A stretch of 64,000 bases of DNA. It comes from an uncultured Methanomassiliicoccus sp. (GTDB lineage Archaea; Thermoplasmatota; Thermoplasmata; Methanomassiliicoccales; UBA472). The stretch spans positions 11,912 through 75,911 of the forward strand of contig CAZPFU010000007.1 of the NCBI GenBank assembly GCA_964585915.1, in the 5' to 3' direction. How positions within the stretch are numbered: position 1 is the first letter of the stretch; every line of letters starts with the position of its first letter. Positions 38,459 to 46,632 of this stretch are shown here, piece after piece. The notes beneath the pieces were generated by a model. The model had not been told where the DNA came from, made no database searches, and saw only the letters and a program-made list of their open reading frames with translations. A program made the translations under genes and the position numbers.

Positions 38459-39370
38459 ATGAAGCGGGACCTGACCACCATGCTGGACGTCCAGGACGAT
38501 ATACTGGACATATTGGAGACGGCCGAGGAGATGAAGAAGAAGCGGGACCTGGACGACCAACCGCTGAAGGGAAAGGTCCTGGCCATGATATTCGAGAAGT
38601 CCTCCACCCGCACCAGGGTCTCCTTCGAGGTGGGGATGATCGAGCTGGGCGGTTTCGCTGTGACGCTCAACACCAAGGACCTGCAGATGGGCCGCGGAGA
38701 GACCGTGGCGGACACCGCCCGGGTCCTCTCCCGCTATGTCGACGGCATCATGTACCGGGCTTACGAGCACGAGATGGTCATGGAGCTGGCCAAGCATGCA
38801 ACCGTTCCAGTCATCAACGGCCTGGACAACTTCGAACATCCATGCCAGATCATGGCCGACCTGCTTACGGTCAAGGAACATATAGGCAAGCTCAAAGGGA
38901 TCAAGATGGCCTATGTGGGCGACGGCAACAACGTCTGCAACTCGTTGATGCTCGGCTGCGCCATGGTGGGCATGGACCTATCCTGCGGCTGCCCCAAGGG
39001 GTATGAGCCGGATCCCGGAGTGACGAAAAAGGCCAAGGCCATCGCCAAGAAGAACGGCTGCAAGCTCAGCATCGTGGAGTCTCCCAAGGAAGCGGCCAAG
39101 GATGCGGACGTCGTTTACACGGACGTCTGGGTGTCCATGGGCCAGGAGGAGGAGCAGAAGCTGAGGGAGAAGATCTTCAAGCCCTACCAGGTGAACGCGG
39201 ACCTGATGTCCGTGGCGCATAGGAACGCCATAGTCATGCACTGCCTGCCCGCTCACCGGGGAATGGAGATAACCGACGAGGTCATCGACAGCGAGGCGTC
39301 GGTGGTGCTGGACCAGGCGGAGAACCGCCTGCACGCGCAGAAGTCCATCATGGTCGCCCTGATGGGCTGA
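38459..39370 (+). CDS. argF: Ornithine carbamoyltransferase
   Basis: 'FEKSSTRTRVSFE', 'HPCQIMADL', 'HCLPAHRGMEI'. Start 'MKRDLTTMLD' (alternative ATG 38438). The upstream part of track ORF 37613-39370 is a shadow. Confidence 0.93.
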   Translation: MKRDLTTMLDVQDDILDILETAEEMKKKRDLDDQPLKGKVLAMIFEKSSTRTRVSFEVGMIELGGFAVTLNTKDLQMGRGETVADTARVLSRYVDGIMYRAYEHEMVMELAKHATVPVINGLDNFEHPCQIMADLLTVKEHIGKLKGIKMAYVGDGNNVCNSLMLGCAMVGMDLSCGCPKGYEPDPGVTKKAKAIAKKNGCKLSIVESPKEAAKDADVVYTDVWVSMGQEEEQKLREKIFKPYQVNADLMSVAHRNAIVMHCLPAHRGMEITDEVIDSEASVVLDQAENRLHAQKSIMVALMG

Positions 39371-41030
39371 AACGGGCCTTCTGCTCGCCTATCTCTTTAT
39401 CCAGGGCCTCCAGGAAGGCCTTTATCTTTCGCTTAGGGACGGTAGCGCCAGCCGCCACGTTGTGACCGCCCCCCACGCCTTTTACCTGCAAGGCGGCCTG
39501 CTTCATCGCCTCGCCAAGGTGGACCCCGTTCTCCGCCAGCTCCCGTCTCATTCGGCCAGATACCTTGATCCTTTCGCCCAGCCTACCATTCTGTTTCTGG
39601 GTCCCCCCGTCCTGCTCGAGCATGTCGGAATCGTCCGAGACCTCGGCCATGGCGATCAGGGGCATGTCATCGCGAACTGAAAGGCGGACATCATCGTCAC
39701 GGGGTCTCTGGTCCAGGACCATGCCGACGATGATGCCCAGGATGGTATCCTCCGCATTGAGGGTATATTTGGGCTTGTTCTTGTGCTCCCGGCTGTCCAT
39801 CCTTCCCCTTATGTACTGGATGTGGTCCAGGGCGACTATCGAATGGATCTCCTCCAATCCCTTTTTCAGGTTGTCCCGGTGGTTCCCGAGCTTGGCCATG
39901 GCATCCGAGGAGAAGGACACCGGGTCCAGGCAGGCCTTTATGATCAGCTCCCCTTGGAACCCTTCGCTGATATCGTTCCCCTCCGTCGACACATTAGGCT
40001 CGACGACCGTTTCCACCGGTTCGGACCCGTTCTTGGAATGAAGGTATCGACCGGAGGCGTTAAGCATGGTGGCGAACTCCTTGGCCTCCCGGCTGGCCGA
40101 TCCGATCGGGAACTTGGGGAACAGGTATACATCCCCCATCATGTCCGCGAGAATGGCCGGGTCCTTGCCCATGTCGAGAAGGGATATCTTGAGCGCATCG
40201 ATGATATCGCTTCTTTGTTTCTCCTTAAGCTCAGACCAGCTGTAGAACTTGCTTAGGTTGTCGTCCTTGATGGACAGGTCACGCCGGCCCCGGTAGGTGC
40301 TCACTCCATTGTCCTTGAACAGTTGGCTCACGTCGCTGAAGGAGCACTCGCAACCTATGGCCTTGAGGTCATTGGAGAAGGCGATCATGGCCACCGCGGT
40401 CCGCGTGACCCAGCCGAAGAAAGGCAGGTCGTTCTTGATCTCCTTAAGTACTCCGGTGCTCAGGGCGTCCTTGATGACCGATGCGTGCAGAGGGCCATCC
40501 AGCTTTCGAGCCTTCTTATCCTGCAGGTCGCCCACCGCGCCCACGATGGCCAGATAGGCCAGGTCCACGTTGGTCGGATCCAGTTCCCTGGCCACGAAGT
40601 AGGTACACCCAGCCCCGCTCAGGTGCGTCGAGCCTTCAAAACCAAACTCCAAGGGATTGAGCATGTTATCCATGCCCCCGAAGAACTCCAGGAAGGATTG
40701 CCCGCTCCCGAAGATGTGGTGATGATCGGTTATGATGCAGCGAGACCGGTCGATGGATTTGTACGATCCAGCCCCCAGGTCACATATCCACACCAGGTCC
40801 TCGCTGCTGGAATTTATGAGATCGATGTCCTTCTCGCTAAATGATTTCAGGAAACGGACCCTCGGTTGCGCCCCCGCCCTTTCCACGGCCCGGTATGCTA
40901 TGGCCGCCGATGAGACCCCGTCCGCGTCTATATGGGAGAATATGGCCACGGACCTGGCCTTTCTGACTCGGGCGGCAAGCTCCTTGGCCCTCTGCCCGAA
41001 TCCTTGAAGATCACCGCTCACCTGCCGCAC
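39348..41030 (-). CDS. DHH-family RecJ-like phosphoesterase (archaeal RecJ/GAN-type)
   Basis: 'VAIFSHIDADGVSSAAIA' (DHH motif I), 'IITDHHH', C-terminal DHHA1 'GGGHNVAAGATV'. 560 aa. Confidence 0.8.
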   Translation of the reverse strand: MRQVSGDLQGFGQRAKELAARVRKARSVAIFSHIDADGVSSAAIAYRAVERAGAQPRVRFLKSFSEKDIDLINSSSEDLVWICDLGAGSYKSIDRSRCIITDHHHIFGSGQSFLEFFGGMDNMLNPLEFGFEGSTHLSGAGCTYFVARELDPTNVDLAYLAIVGAVGDLQDKKARKLDGPLHASVIKDALSTGVLKEIKNDLPFFGWVTRTAVAMIAFSNDLKAIGCECSFSDVSQLFKDNGVSTYRGRRDLSIKDDNLSKFYSWSELKEKQRSDIIDALKISLLDMGKDPAILADMMGDVYLFPKFPIGSASREAKEFATMLNASGRYLHSKNGSEPVETVVEPNVSTEGNDISEGFQGELIIKACLDPVSFSSDAMAKLGNHRDNLKKGLEEIHSIVALDHIQYIRGRMDSREHKNKPKYTLNAEDTILGIIVGMVLDQRPRDDDVRLSVRDDMPLIAMAEVSDDSDMLEQDGGTQKQNGRLGERIKVSGRMRRELAENGVHLGEAMKQAALQVKGVGGGHNVAAGATVPKRKIKAFLEALDKEIGEQKARFSPSGRP

Positions 41031-41782
41031 CCCACGAGCGCCCTCTCCTCCAGCCTTCCGTAGACCACCTCGGCCAACGGCTCCAAGTTCCTGGTGTCCT
41101 CCTGGTTGTAGCGGCGCAGCAGCTTCAGGGCGTTCTCGTTGCCCTTTCGTTCCCAGAGATGCCAGAGGTACACCGCCTCCTCCCCGGTGACGTATTCCAC
41201 CTCCTGCGGGCGGCGGTAGCCGAGCAGCACCTCCACCTGCTTCAGACCGCCGCGCAGCCCGACCTTGGGGCAGGCGTGCCGCAGGTCGTAATGGGGAACC
41301 TTGGGAACGGTGAATGGAAATTCCCTCTCGATCATCGGCAGGTCGAAGGTGCTGCCGTTGAAGGTGACCAGCATCTTGGACCCTTCGAGCGCATGCGACA
41401 GGTTTTCCGCGCTGAGGTCCATGCCCCTGGTCAGAGTGGTGGTATCGCCGTTACGGTGAACGGAGACCATGGTGATTATGGCACCAGGCCCAAGTCCGTT
41501 CGTCTCTATGTCCAAGTAAGCGGTATCTTCCTTCAAGCGCCGGTACATGCGCCAGTGCTGCCCTGACGGAAGAAGTCGGGTAAAGTATTCGGTCCGTCCC
41601 CGGTCCCAGAACTCTTTGGCCATCCCTAGCTCCTGGTCCAGGTCCTCCTTCTTGTGGATGGATACGCCGGCAAGATGTCTCCTCTCCAGGAACTCCTCCC
41701 AAGAGAGCACGCCGGTCTCCCAGAGCCTTCGCTCCTTCAGCTGTCCGATGCCCGGAAGTAGAAGGAAGGTGCGCCTGATCAT
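41018..41782 (-). CDS. RNase H-like (YprB-type) 3'-5' exonuclease domain protein
   Basis: 'AYLDIETNGL' DEDD motif and N-terminal 'LLPGIGQLKERRLWETGV' HhH-like segment. 13-nt overlap with the recJ-like gene start. Confidence 0.75.
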   Translation of the reverse strand: MIRRTFLLLPGIGQLKERRLWETGVLSWEEFLERRHLAGVSIHKKEDLDQELGMAKEFWDRGRTEYFTRLLPSGQHWRMYRRLKEDTAYLDIETNGLGPGAIITMVSVHRNGDTTTLTRGMDLSAENLSHALEGSKMLVTFNGSTFDLPMIEREFPFTVPKVPHYDLRHACPKVGLRGGLKQVEVLLGYRRPQEVEYVTGEEAVYLWHLWERKGNENALKLLRRYNQEDTRNLEPLAEVVYGRLEERALVGCGR

Positions 41783-41877
41783 CACCCATTCAGCGGAGCA
41801 TCCGTATAATATCCTATCGTTCCCAGCTCCGAAAATGTGCAAGGGATTGATATCCCTCCTACGGCTTTCTGAGGTCC

Positions 41878-42609
41878 ATGCAGCATATCGATGTCGCGCC
41901 CGACCTCCGTCTGCTCAACGGACGATGCGCGATGCTCATCCGATCCCGGACCCTGATACTGGGAGACCTTCATCTGGGCATCGAGGCCAGCCTGGAGCTG
42001 GACGGCATGCAGCTGCCGCGTGCCCAGGCCCGGGAGATGAAACGGAGGGTCGACGAGGTGGTGAGGGTGCATCCACCGAAGCGCATAGTGGTGCTCGGCG
42101 ACCTCAAGCACGAGTTCTCCCGGAACCTGGACCAGGAGTGGTCGCAGGTGCGGGACATGCTGGAGCATCTGGGTTCCATCGCCGAGGTGACGGTGGTGCG
42201 CGGCAATCACGACAATTATCTGGCGACCATCACCTCCCGGCTGGGCCTGGACCTGGTGGACGAGGCGGTGGTGGACGGCGTTCACCTTTCGCACGGCCAC
42301 ATCGTCGATCCCGGGCGGCCGCTGGTGCAGGGTCACGAGCATCCCTCCGCCCGCCTCTTCGACGGCGTCGGCGGCTACGTCAAGCTTCCGGCCTTCCTTT
42401 ATCACCAGCAGGCGGAAGTGCTGATACTCCCGGCCTTCAGCCCCCTGGCCGCCGGGAACGATGTCAGTACCCTCCTGGCTGGAGATGTGCTGTCCCCCGG
42501 TCTCCGGGAATTGGACATGGGCGAGGCGGAGGTCTTCGGCTGCAGCGACATCGGGTTGATCCGCTTGGGCAAGGTCAGGGACCAGTCGAAAGGCCGCCGA
42601 AGGGCATAG
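41878..42609 (+). CDS. Metallophosphoesterase (calcineurin-like)
   Basis: 'LILGDLHLG', 'VVLGDLKHEF', 'VRGNHDNY', 'LSHGH', 'GHEHP'. Confidence 0.8.
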   Translation: MQHIDVAPDLRLLNGRCAMLIRSRTLILGDLHLGIEASLELDGMQLPRAQAREMKRRVDEVVRVHPPKRIVVLGDLKHEFSRNLDQEWSQVRDMLEHLGSIAEVTVVRGNHDNYLATITSRLGLDLVDEAVVDGVHLSHGHIVDPGRPLVQGHEHPSARLFDGVGGYVKLPAFLYHQQAEVLILPAFSPLAAGNDVSTLLAGDVLSPGLRELDMGEAEVFGCSDIGLIRLGKVRDQSKGRRRA

Positions 42610-42643
42610 GTTCAATAGCGACCATGTTTTTTCCATTACGGCC

Positions 42644-43582
42644 ATGCCAACCATCAAGCAGAAGAGGGTGCTCATCACCGGCGGCGCCGGTTTCATAGGC
42701 TCCAACATCGTCCAGGCGCTTCACGATAAGAACGAGGTGCTGGTCCTGGACGACCTCACCACAGGGAAGCGCAACAACCTGGAAGGAATGGACGTCGAGC
42801 TGGTGGAGGGAAGCATCCGGGACGCCGACAAGGTCCGGGGGGTCATGGAGGGCGTGGATTACGTTTTCCATCACGCGGCCATCGCCTCCGTCCCGCGCAG
42901 CGTGGACGATCCGGTCTCCAGCAACCAGGTGAACGTGTGCGGCACGCTCCGGGTGCTCATGGAGGCCCGGGACGCCAAGGTTCGTAAGGTCGTTTTCGCT
43001 TCATCCTCCGCCATCTACGGCGACGCGCCGTCCGAGAGCAAACGAGAGGATGATCTGCCCGCCCCGATATCCCCGTACGCGGTCACCAAGCTAACCGGGG
43101 AGATGTACTGCCGGAACTTCTGGCTGAACTATCGCCTGCCGACCTGCAGCCTGCGCTACTTCAATGTTTACGGACCAAGGCAGGACCCCAATTCGGATTA
43201 CGCCGCGGTCATCCCGCGCTTCATCTCCGCGGCCAAGGCCGGCAGGCCGCTCACGATATTCGGGGACGGGGAGCAGACCAGGGACTTCGTGTTCGTCAAG
43301 GACGTGGTTCAGGCGAACATACTGGCCGCTACGGACGAGAAACATCACGGCGAGGTGTTCAACGTGGCCAACCAGGAGAAGGTCACCATCAACCTGCTGG
43401 CATCGCTTGTTCTGTGTTCATTGGGCCTCGAGGAGAGGGGGAACATGGTCCATCTGGAGGAGAGGGCGGGGGACGTTAAGCATTCCCTGGCTGACATCGG
43501 GAAGGCCCGTCGGATGCTGGGCTACTCCCCCGGTTACCGACTGAAGGAAGGGCTCTCGATTACCGGGGCCAGCATGAACTAG
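42644..43582 (+). CDS. NAD-dependent nucleotide-sugar epimerase/dehydratase
   Basis: 'VLITGGAGFIGSN', 'YAVTK' catalytic YxxxK, 312 aa. Confidence 0.9.
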   Translation: MPTIKQKRVLITGGAGFIGSNIVQALHDKNEVLVLDDLTTGKRNNLEGMDVELVEGSIRDADKVRGVMEGVDYVFHHAAIASVPRSVDDPVSSNQVNVCGTLRVLMEARDAKVRKVVFASSSAIYGDAPSESKREDDLPAPISPYAVTKLTGEMYCRNFWLNYRLPTCSLRYFNVYGPRQDPNSDYAAVIPRFISAAKAGRPLTIFGDGEQTRDFVFVKDVVQANILAATDEKHHGEVFNVANQEKVTINLLASLVLCSLGLEERGNMVHLEERAGDVKHSLADIGKARRMLGYSPGYRLKEGLSITGASMN

Positions 43583-43682
43583 GCCTTCGGAGTTCGCCGA
43601 GAACCTTTCCTTCTCCTTTTTATGATTCGGACCGAAACTTAATTACCATCAGAAGTCCTATATTTTCCAGAGGGTTAGTTTG

Positions 43683-43775
43683 GTGGAGTGCATCGTCTGT
43701 GGATGTATCTTGAAGAAGAACCAAGATAAGTGCCCTGTTTGTGGTGCATCCCAAAGTGAGGATGACGATTATTGA
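43683..43775 (+). CDS. Candidate 30-aa zinc-ribbon peptide
   Basis: My translation (GTG start): VECIVCGCILKKNQDKCPVCGASQSEDDDY, with two CxxC knuckles. Overlaps the radical SAM gene start by 14 nt in another frame. Confidence 0.35.
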   Translation: MECIVCGCILKKNQDKCPVCGASQSEDDDY

Positions 43776-44853
43776 TCCGCGGTCGATAGGCGGGATTCGG
43801 CCGGCGCGGTGGGGCTTTTCAGAGGGTACCAGCGTGGCCTGCGGCTTATGCCCTCATCATTGCACCCTGTCCGAGGGCGGTCTGGGGAGGTGCCGGGCCC
43901 GCGGGGTGGTCGATGGAAGGCTGGTCACCTTCAACTACGGACACATACGAGCCCAGGTGGTGGACCAGATCGAGAAGAAGCCTATCTATCACTACCGCCC
44001 CGGCAGCAAGCTCCTGTCCATAGGCACCTTCGGCTGCAATCTTGACTGCGACTGCTGCCAGAACGCCGCCCTGGCATCCTCCGGCCCGTCCGGCAAGGAG
44101 GAGCCGCTGACCTCCCCGGAGGAGGTGGTGGGGTTCGCCCTGTCCAAAGGGGTGCAAGGTATCGCTTTCACCTTCAACGAGCCAGTGGTGTGGAGCGAGT
44201 TCATATTGGATGTCTCAAAGATCGCCAGGACTGGCCGTCTCTACCTCATGATGAACTCCAACGGCTTCGTGGAGGAGGACCCGCTCTCCGAGCTCCTGAA
44301 AGCGGTGGACGCCTTCAAGGTGGACGTCAAGGGCTTCACTGAGGAATTCTATCGGAACAACTGCGGAGGGACCCTCTCTCCGGTATTACGCACATGCAAG
44401 ATGATAAGGGACGTGGGAAAACATCTCGAACTGGCCTATCTAATCATCCCTGGGTTGAACGACGGGAAGGAGGAGATGAACGACTTCTTCGGCTGGGCGG
44501 CAGAACTGGGCAAGGAGGTTCCCCTTCACCTTTACCGTTTCATGCCCGCCCATCGCCTTTCCCATCTCCCGCCCACCGGGATGGGGGCGATGAGGGACGC
44601 CAAGGCATTGGCGGTCTCCCACGGGCTGAAATTCGTTTACCTGAGCGGCATGGTCGAGGGGGACGAACATCAGACCTTCTGCCCCAAATGTCGTTCCCTG
44701 GTCATCAGCAGGGCCGCCAAGGAGGTCTCGGAAAAGGTGGTGTACGAAGGCAGCCGGCTGAGCAAGTTCTGCCCCTCATATTCAGAAATCGATGATCGTA
44801 CCAAAGAAGGCCGATGCCCGTTCTGCGATGAAATTATCTATAAAAGTCCATGA
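43762..44853 (+). CDS. Radical SAM activase, AmmeMemoRadiSam / PflA-like family
   Basis: N-terminal 'CGLCPHHCTLSEGGLGRCRAR' and radical SAM 'GCNLDCDCCQN' (CX3CX2C). C-terminal 'CPKC...CPFC' zinc ribbon. Start ATG 43762 or GTG 43741. Confidence 0.85.
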   Translation: MTIIDPRSIGGIRPARWGFSEGTSVACGLCPHHCTLSEGGLGRCRARGVVDGRLVTFNYGHIRAQVVDQIEKKPIYHYRPGSKLLSIGTFGCNLDCDCCQNAALASSGPSGKEEPLTSPEEVVGFALSKGVQGIAFTFNEPVVWSEFILDVSKIARTGRLYLMMNSNGFVEEDPLSELLKAVDAFKVDVKGFTEEFYRNNCGGTLSPVLRTCKMIRDVGKHLELAYLIIPGLNDGKEEMNDFFGWAAELGKEVPLHLYRFMPAHRLSHLPPTGMGAMRDAKALAVSHGLKFVYLSGMVEGDEHQTFCPKCRSLVISRAAKEVSEKVVYEGSRLSKFCPSYSEIDDRTKEGRCPFCDEIIYKSP

Positions 44854-44898
44854 ATGTAAACGGATTAAACGGCCTTAACGATAGTGCATGGCATGAAC

Positions 44899-44948
44899 GA
44901 ATGGATGTATAATCCATCCATTCAAAACCATATGGATGTTTCATCCAT
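44899..44948. promoter_or_regulatory. Pair of inverted repeats built on ATGGAT/ATCCAT, upstream of the corrinoid protein gene
   Basis: IR1 is GAATGGAT(44899-44906)-N9-ATCCATTC(44916-44923). IR2 is ATGGATG(44932-44938)-TTT-CATCCAT(44942-44948). A TATA-like 'CTTTATTAG' follows at about 44959. Confidence 0.4.
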
Positions 44949-45015
44949 CCATCCAAGGCTTTATTAGTCTAAATTGAAATTTGGACGCAGAAAACATCTT
45001 TGGAGGAAATCTAAA

Positions 45016-45651
45016 ATGGCAAACATGGATCTATTGATTGACATAGTGGTCAAGGGGAGGATCAAGGAAGCTAAGGGGGAGACCCAGAAGCTCCTTGACA
45101 GCGGAGTCTCCGCCAAGGAGATCATCTTCAACGGCTTGAGCAAGGCCATGGAGATCGTCGGTGAGAAGTACGAGAAGAAGGAGTACTTCCTGCCCCAGGT
45201 ATTGCTGTCCGCTCAGACCCTGTACCAGGGACTGAACCTCGCCCTGCCGAAGCTGGACACCGCCTCTGCCGAGGCCGCCGGAAAGATCGTTATCTGCGTG
45301 GTCGAGGGAGATGTGCACGACATCGGCAAGAACATCTGCAAGGCTCTGCTGACCGGCGCTGGGAACACCATGTTCGACCTGGGCCGCGACGTGCCCCTGA
45401 AGGACATCGTGCAGAAGGCCAAGGACGAGAACGCCCAGATCATCGCGACCTCCACCCTGATGACCCCCACCCTGGCGGGCATGAAGGAGATCGAGAAGAT
45501 GCTGGCCGAGGGCGGCCTGAAGGGCAAGATAAAGACCATGGTAGGCGGCGGTGCCACCTCCGCGGACTTTGCCAAGAGCATCGGTGCAGACGGCTGGGGC
45601 TACGACGCCAACGAAGCCGTTCGCGAAGCGATCAGGCTCCTGAAGCACTAA
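45016..45651 (+). CDS. Methyltransferase cognate corrinoid protein (B12-binding, MtaC/MtbC/MttC-like)
   Basis: 'VEGDVHDIGKNI' DxHxxG motif, 'ATSTLMT', 'VGGG'. GGAGG lies 8 nt upstream of the ATG at 45016. Confidence 0.92.
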   Translation: MANMDLLIDIVVKGRIKEAKGETQKLLDSGVSAKEIIFNGLSKAMEIVGEKYEKKEYFLPQVLLSAQTLYQGLNLALPKLDTASAEAAGKIVICVVEGDVHDIGKNICKALLTGAGNTMFDLGRDVPLKDIVQKAKDENAQIIATSTLMTPTLAGMKEIEKMLAEGGLKGKIKTMVGGGATSADFAKSIGADGWGYDANEAVREAIRLLKH

Positions 45652-45652
45652 A

Positions 45653-45680
45653 GGGGCATCGCCCCCAATTCCTTTTTTTT
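45653..45680 (+). terminator. Hairpin plus T8 terminator after the corrinoid protein gene
   Basis: GGGGC-atc-GCCCC at 45653-45665, followed by TTTTTTTT at 45673-45680. Confidence 0.5.
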
Positions 45681-45753
45681 ATGACCCTTTTCTAAAATAT
45701 ACATTTTTATATAATATTATTAGTGCATAATCTTATACCTCTTGGTCATTATT

Positions 45754-46578
45754 ATGCATCGGTGCGAGATGACTGTCAGAGAGGATGCCGTCAGTAAGGA
45801 GATCTTTGAGCTGAAGCAGAAGGTGGAGGAGATGGGACTCGAGCTCCGTTACATAGCCGCCCTGCTGCAGGGCTCGCAATCCCTGGACCTTGGGAGGCCG
45901 GAGATGTTCGAGCTCCTCCGGGACGAGGCGCGACAGAAGGCCGAGATCCGTTTGGATGCCGGCATGGCCAAGAGGTGCGAGATGCGGCCGGAGTGCAGAC
46001 AGAGGTTCATGCAGCTGCTGGACGAGAACCTGAGGCTGCTGGACCGGCCCCGGGTGACCGAGGAGGACCTGGAACGACAGAACGAGAAGCTTGAATCCCT
46101 GAGGTCCCAGGCCATGGCGGGCAGATGCGACGGTTGTTTCAAGGAGGTCGGTTCGCTGTTCCAGGACCAGACCGAGCTGATGCGGCAACTGGGCTTGTAT
46201 CGAAGCAAGGAGGAGATCAGGAACAGCATCGACCTGATGCCGGAGGACGTCATCGTGCGAGACATACTTGAACCGCTATCGAACCCGCAGCGCATGCTGA
46301 TCATGAAAGCGCTGAGCAGGTCCCAGCGCTCCTTCACCGAGCTATCCTCACTGACCAATCTGCGGGGCGGGAACCTGTTGTTCCATCTGCAGAGACTCAC
46401 CGGCACCGGAATGGTGTTCCAGAGAGGCGGCCGCGGCGATTACGCCTTGACTCCGAAAGGGCAGAGCTCGCTGGAGACCGTGAACGACCTTTATATGCGG
46501 ACGAACAATGCCGAGAGGGAGAGAACCGCCTCCGTTGCCAACAGCGGCCGCGTCAGCACGATCTCGAGCTCGGATTGA
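45754..46578 (+). CDS. HTH (ArsR-like) regulator with N-terminal coiled-coil/Cys-containing domain
   Basis: C-terminal 'LSNPQRMLIMKALSRSQRSFTELSSLTNLRGGNLLFHLQRLTGTGMV'. The N-terminal heptad-rich region carries 'CEMRPEC' and 'CDGC'. Confidence 0.7.
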   Translation: MHRCEMTVREDAVSKEIFELKQKVEEMGLELRYIAALLQGSQSLDLGRPEMFELLRDEARQKAEIRLDAGMAKRCEMRPECRQRFMQLLDENLRLLDRPRVTEEDLERQNEKLESLRSQAMAGRCDGCFKEVGSLFQDQTELMRQLGLYRSKEEIRNSIDLMPEDVIVRDILEPLSNPQRMLIMKALSRSQRSFTELSSLTNLRGGNLLFHLQRLTGTGMVFQRGGRGDYALTPKGQSSLETVNDLYMRTNNAERERTASVANSGRVSTISSSD

Positions 46579-46632
46579 ATGCGCAACTTGTATAATCGAT
46601 GAGATAGGTATCATGCAGAACCGGGGGAGTGG

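Noticed and set aside
37473-39370. 254-aa antisense ORF (37473-38237), and the 585-aa track ORF 37613-39370 spanning the CPBP gene and argF.
   Set aside because: Only the last ~304 codons are argF, with a conserved 'KRDL...STRTR' N-terminal region. The upstream part is out of frame over the CPBP protease gene.
41547-42708. Two large ORFs (41547-42698 on plus, 41782-42708 on minus) overlapping the metallophosphoesterase gene.
   Set aside because: The metallophosphoesterase frame carries all five calcineurin-like motifs. The alternatives are Arg/Gly/Pro-rich shadows.
44942-44954. (CATC/CCAT)n-like micro-repeat 'catccatccatcc', considered as a slippage-prone simple sequence repeat.
   Set aside because: There are only about three units, and it is better interpreted as overlapping ATCCAT half-sites of the inverted repeats reported above.
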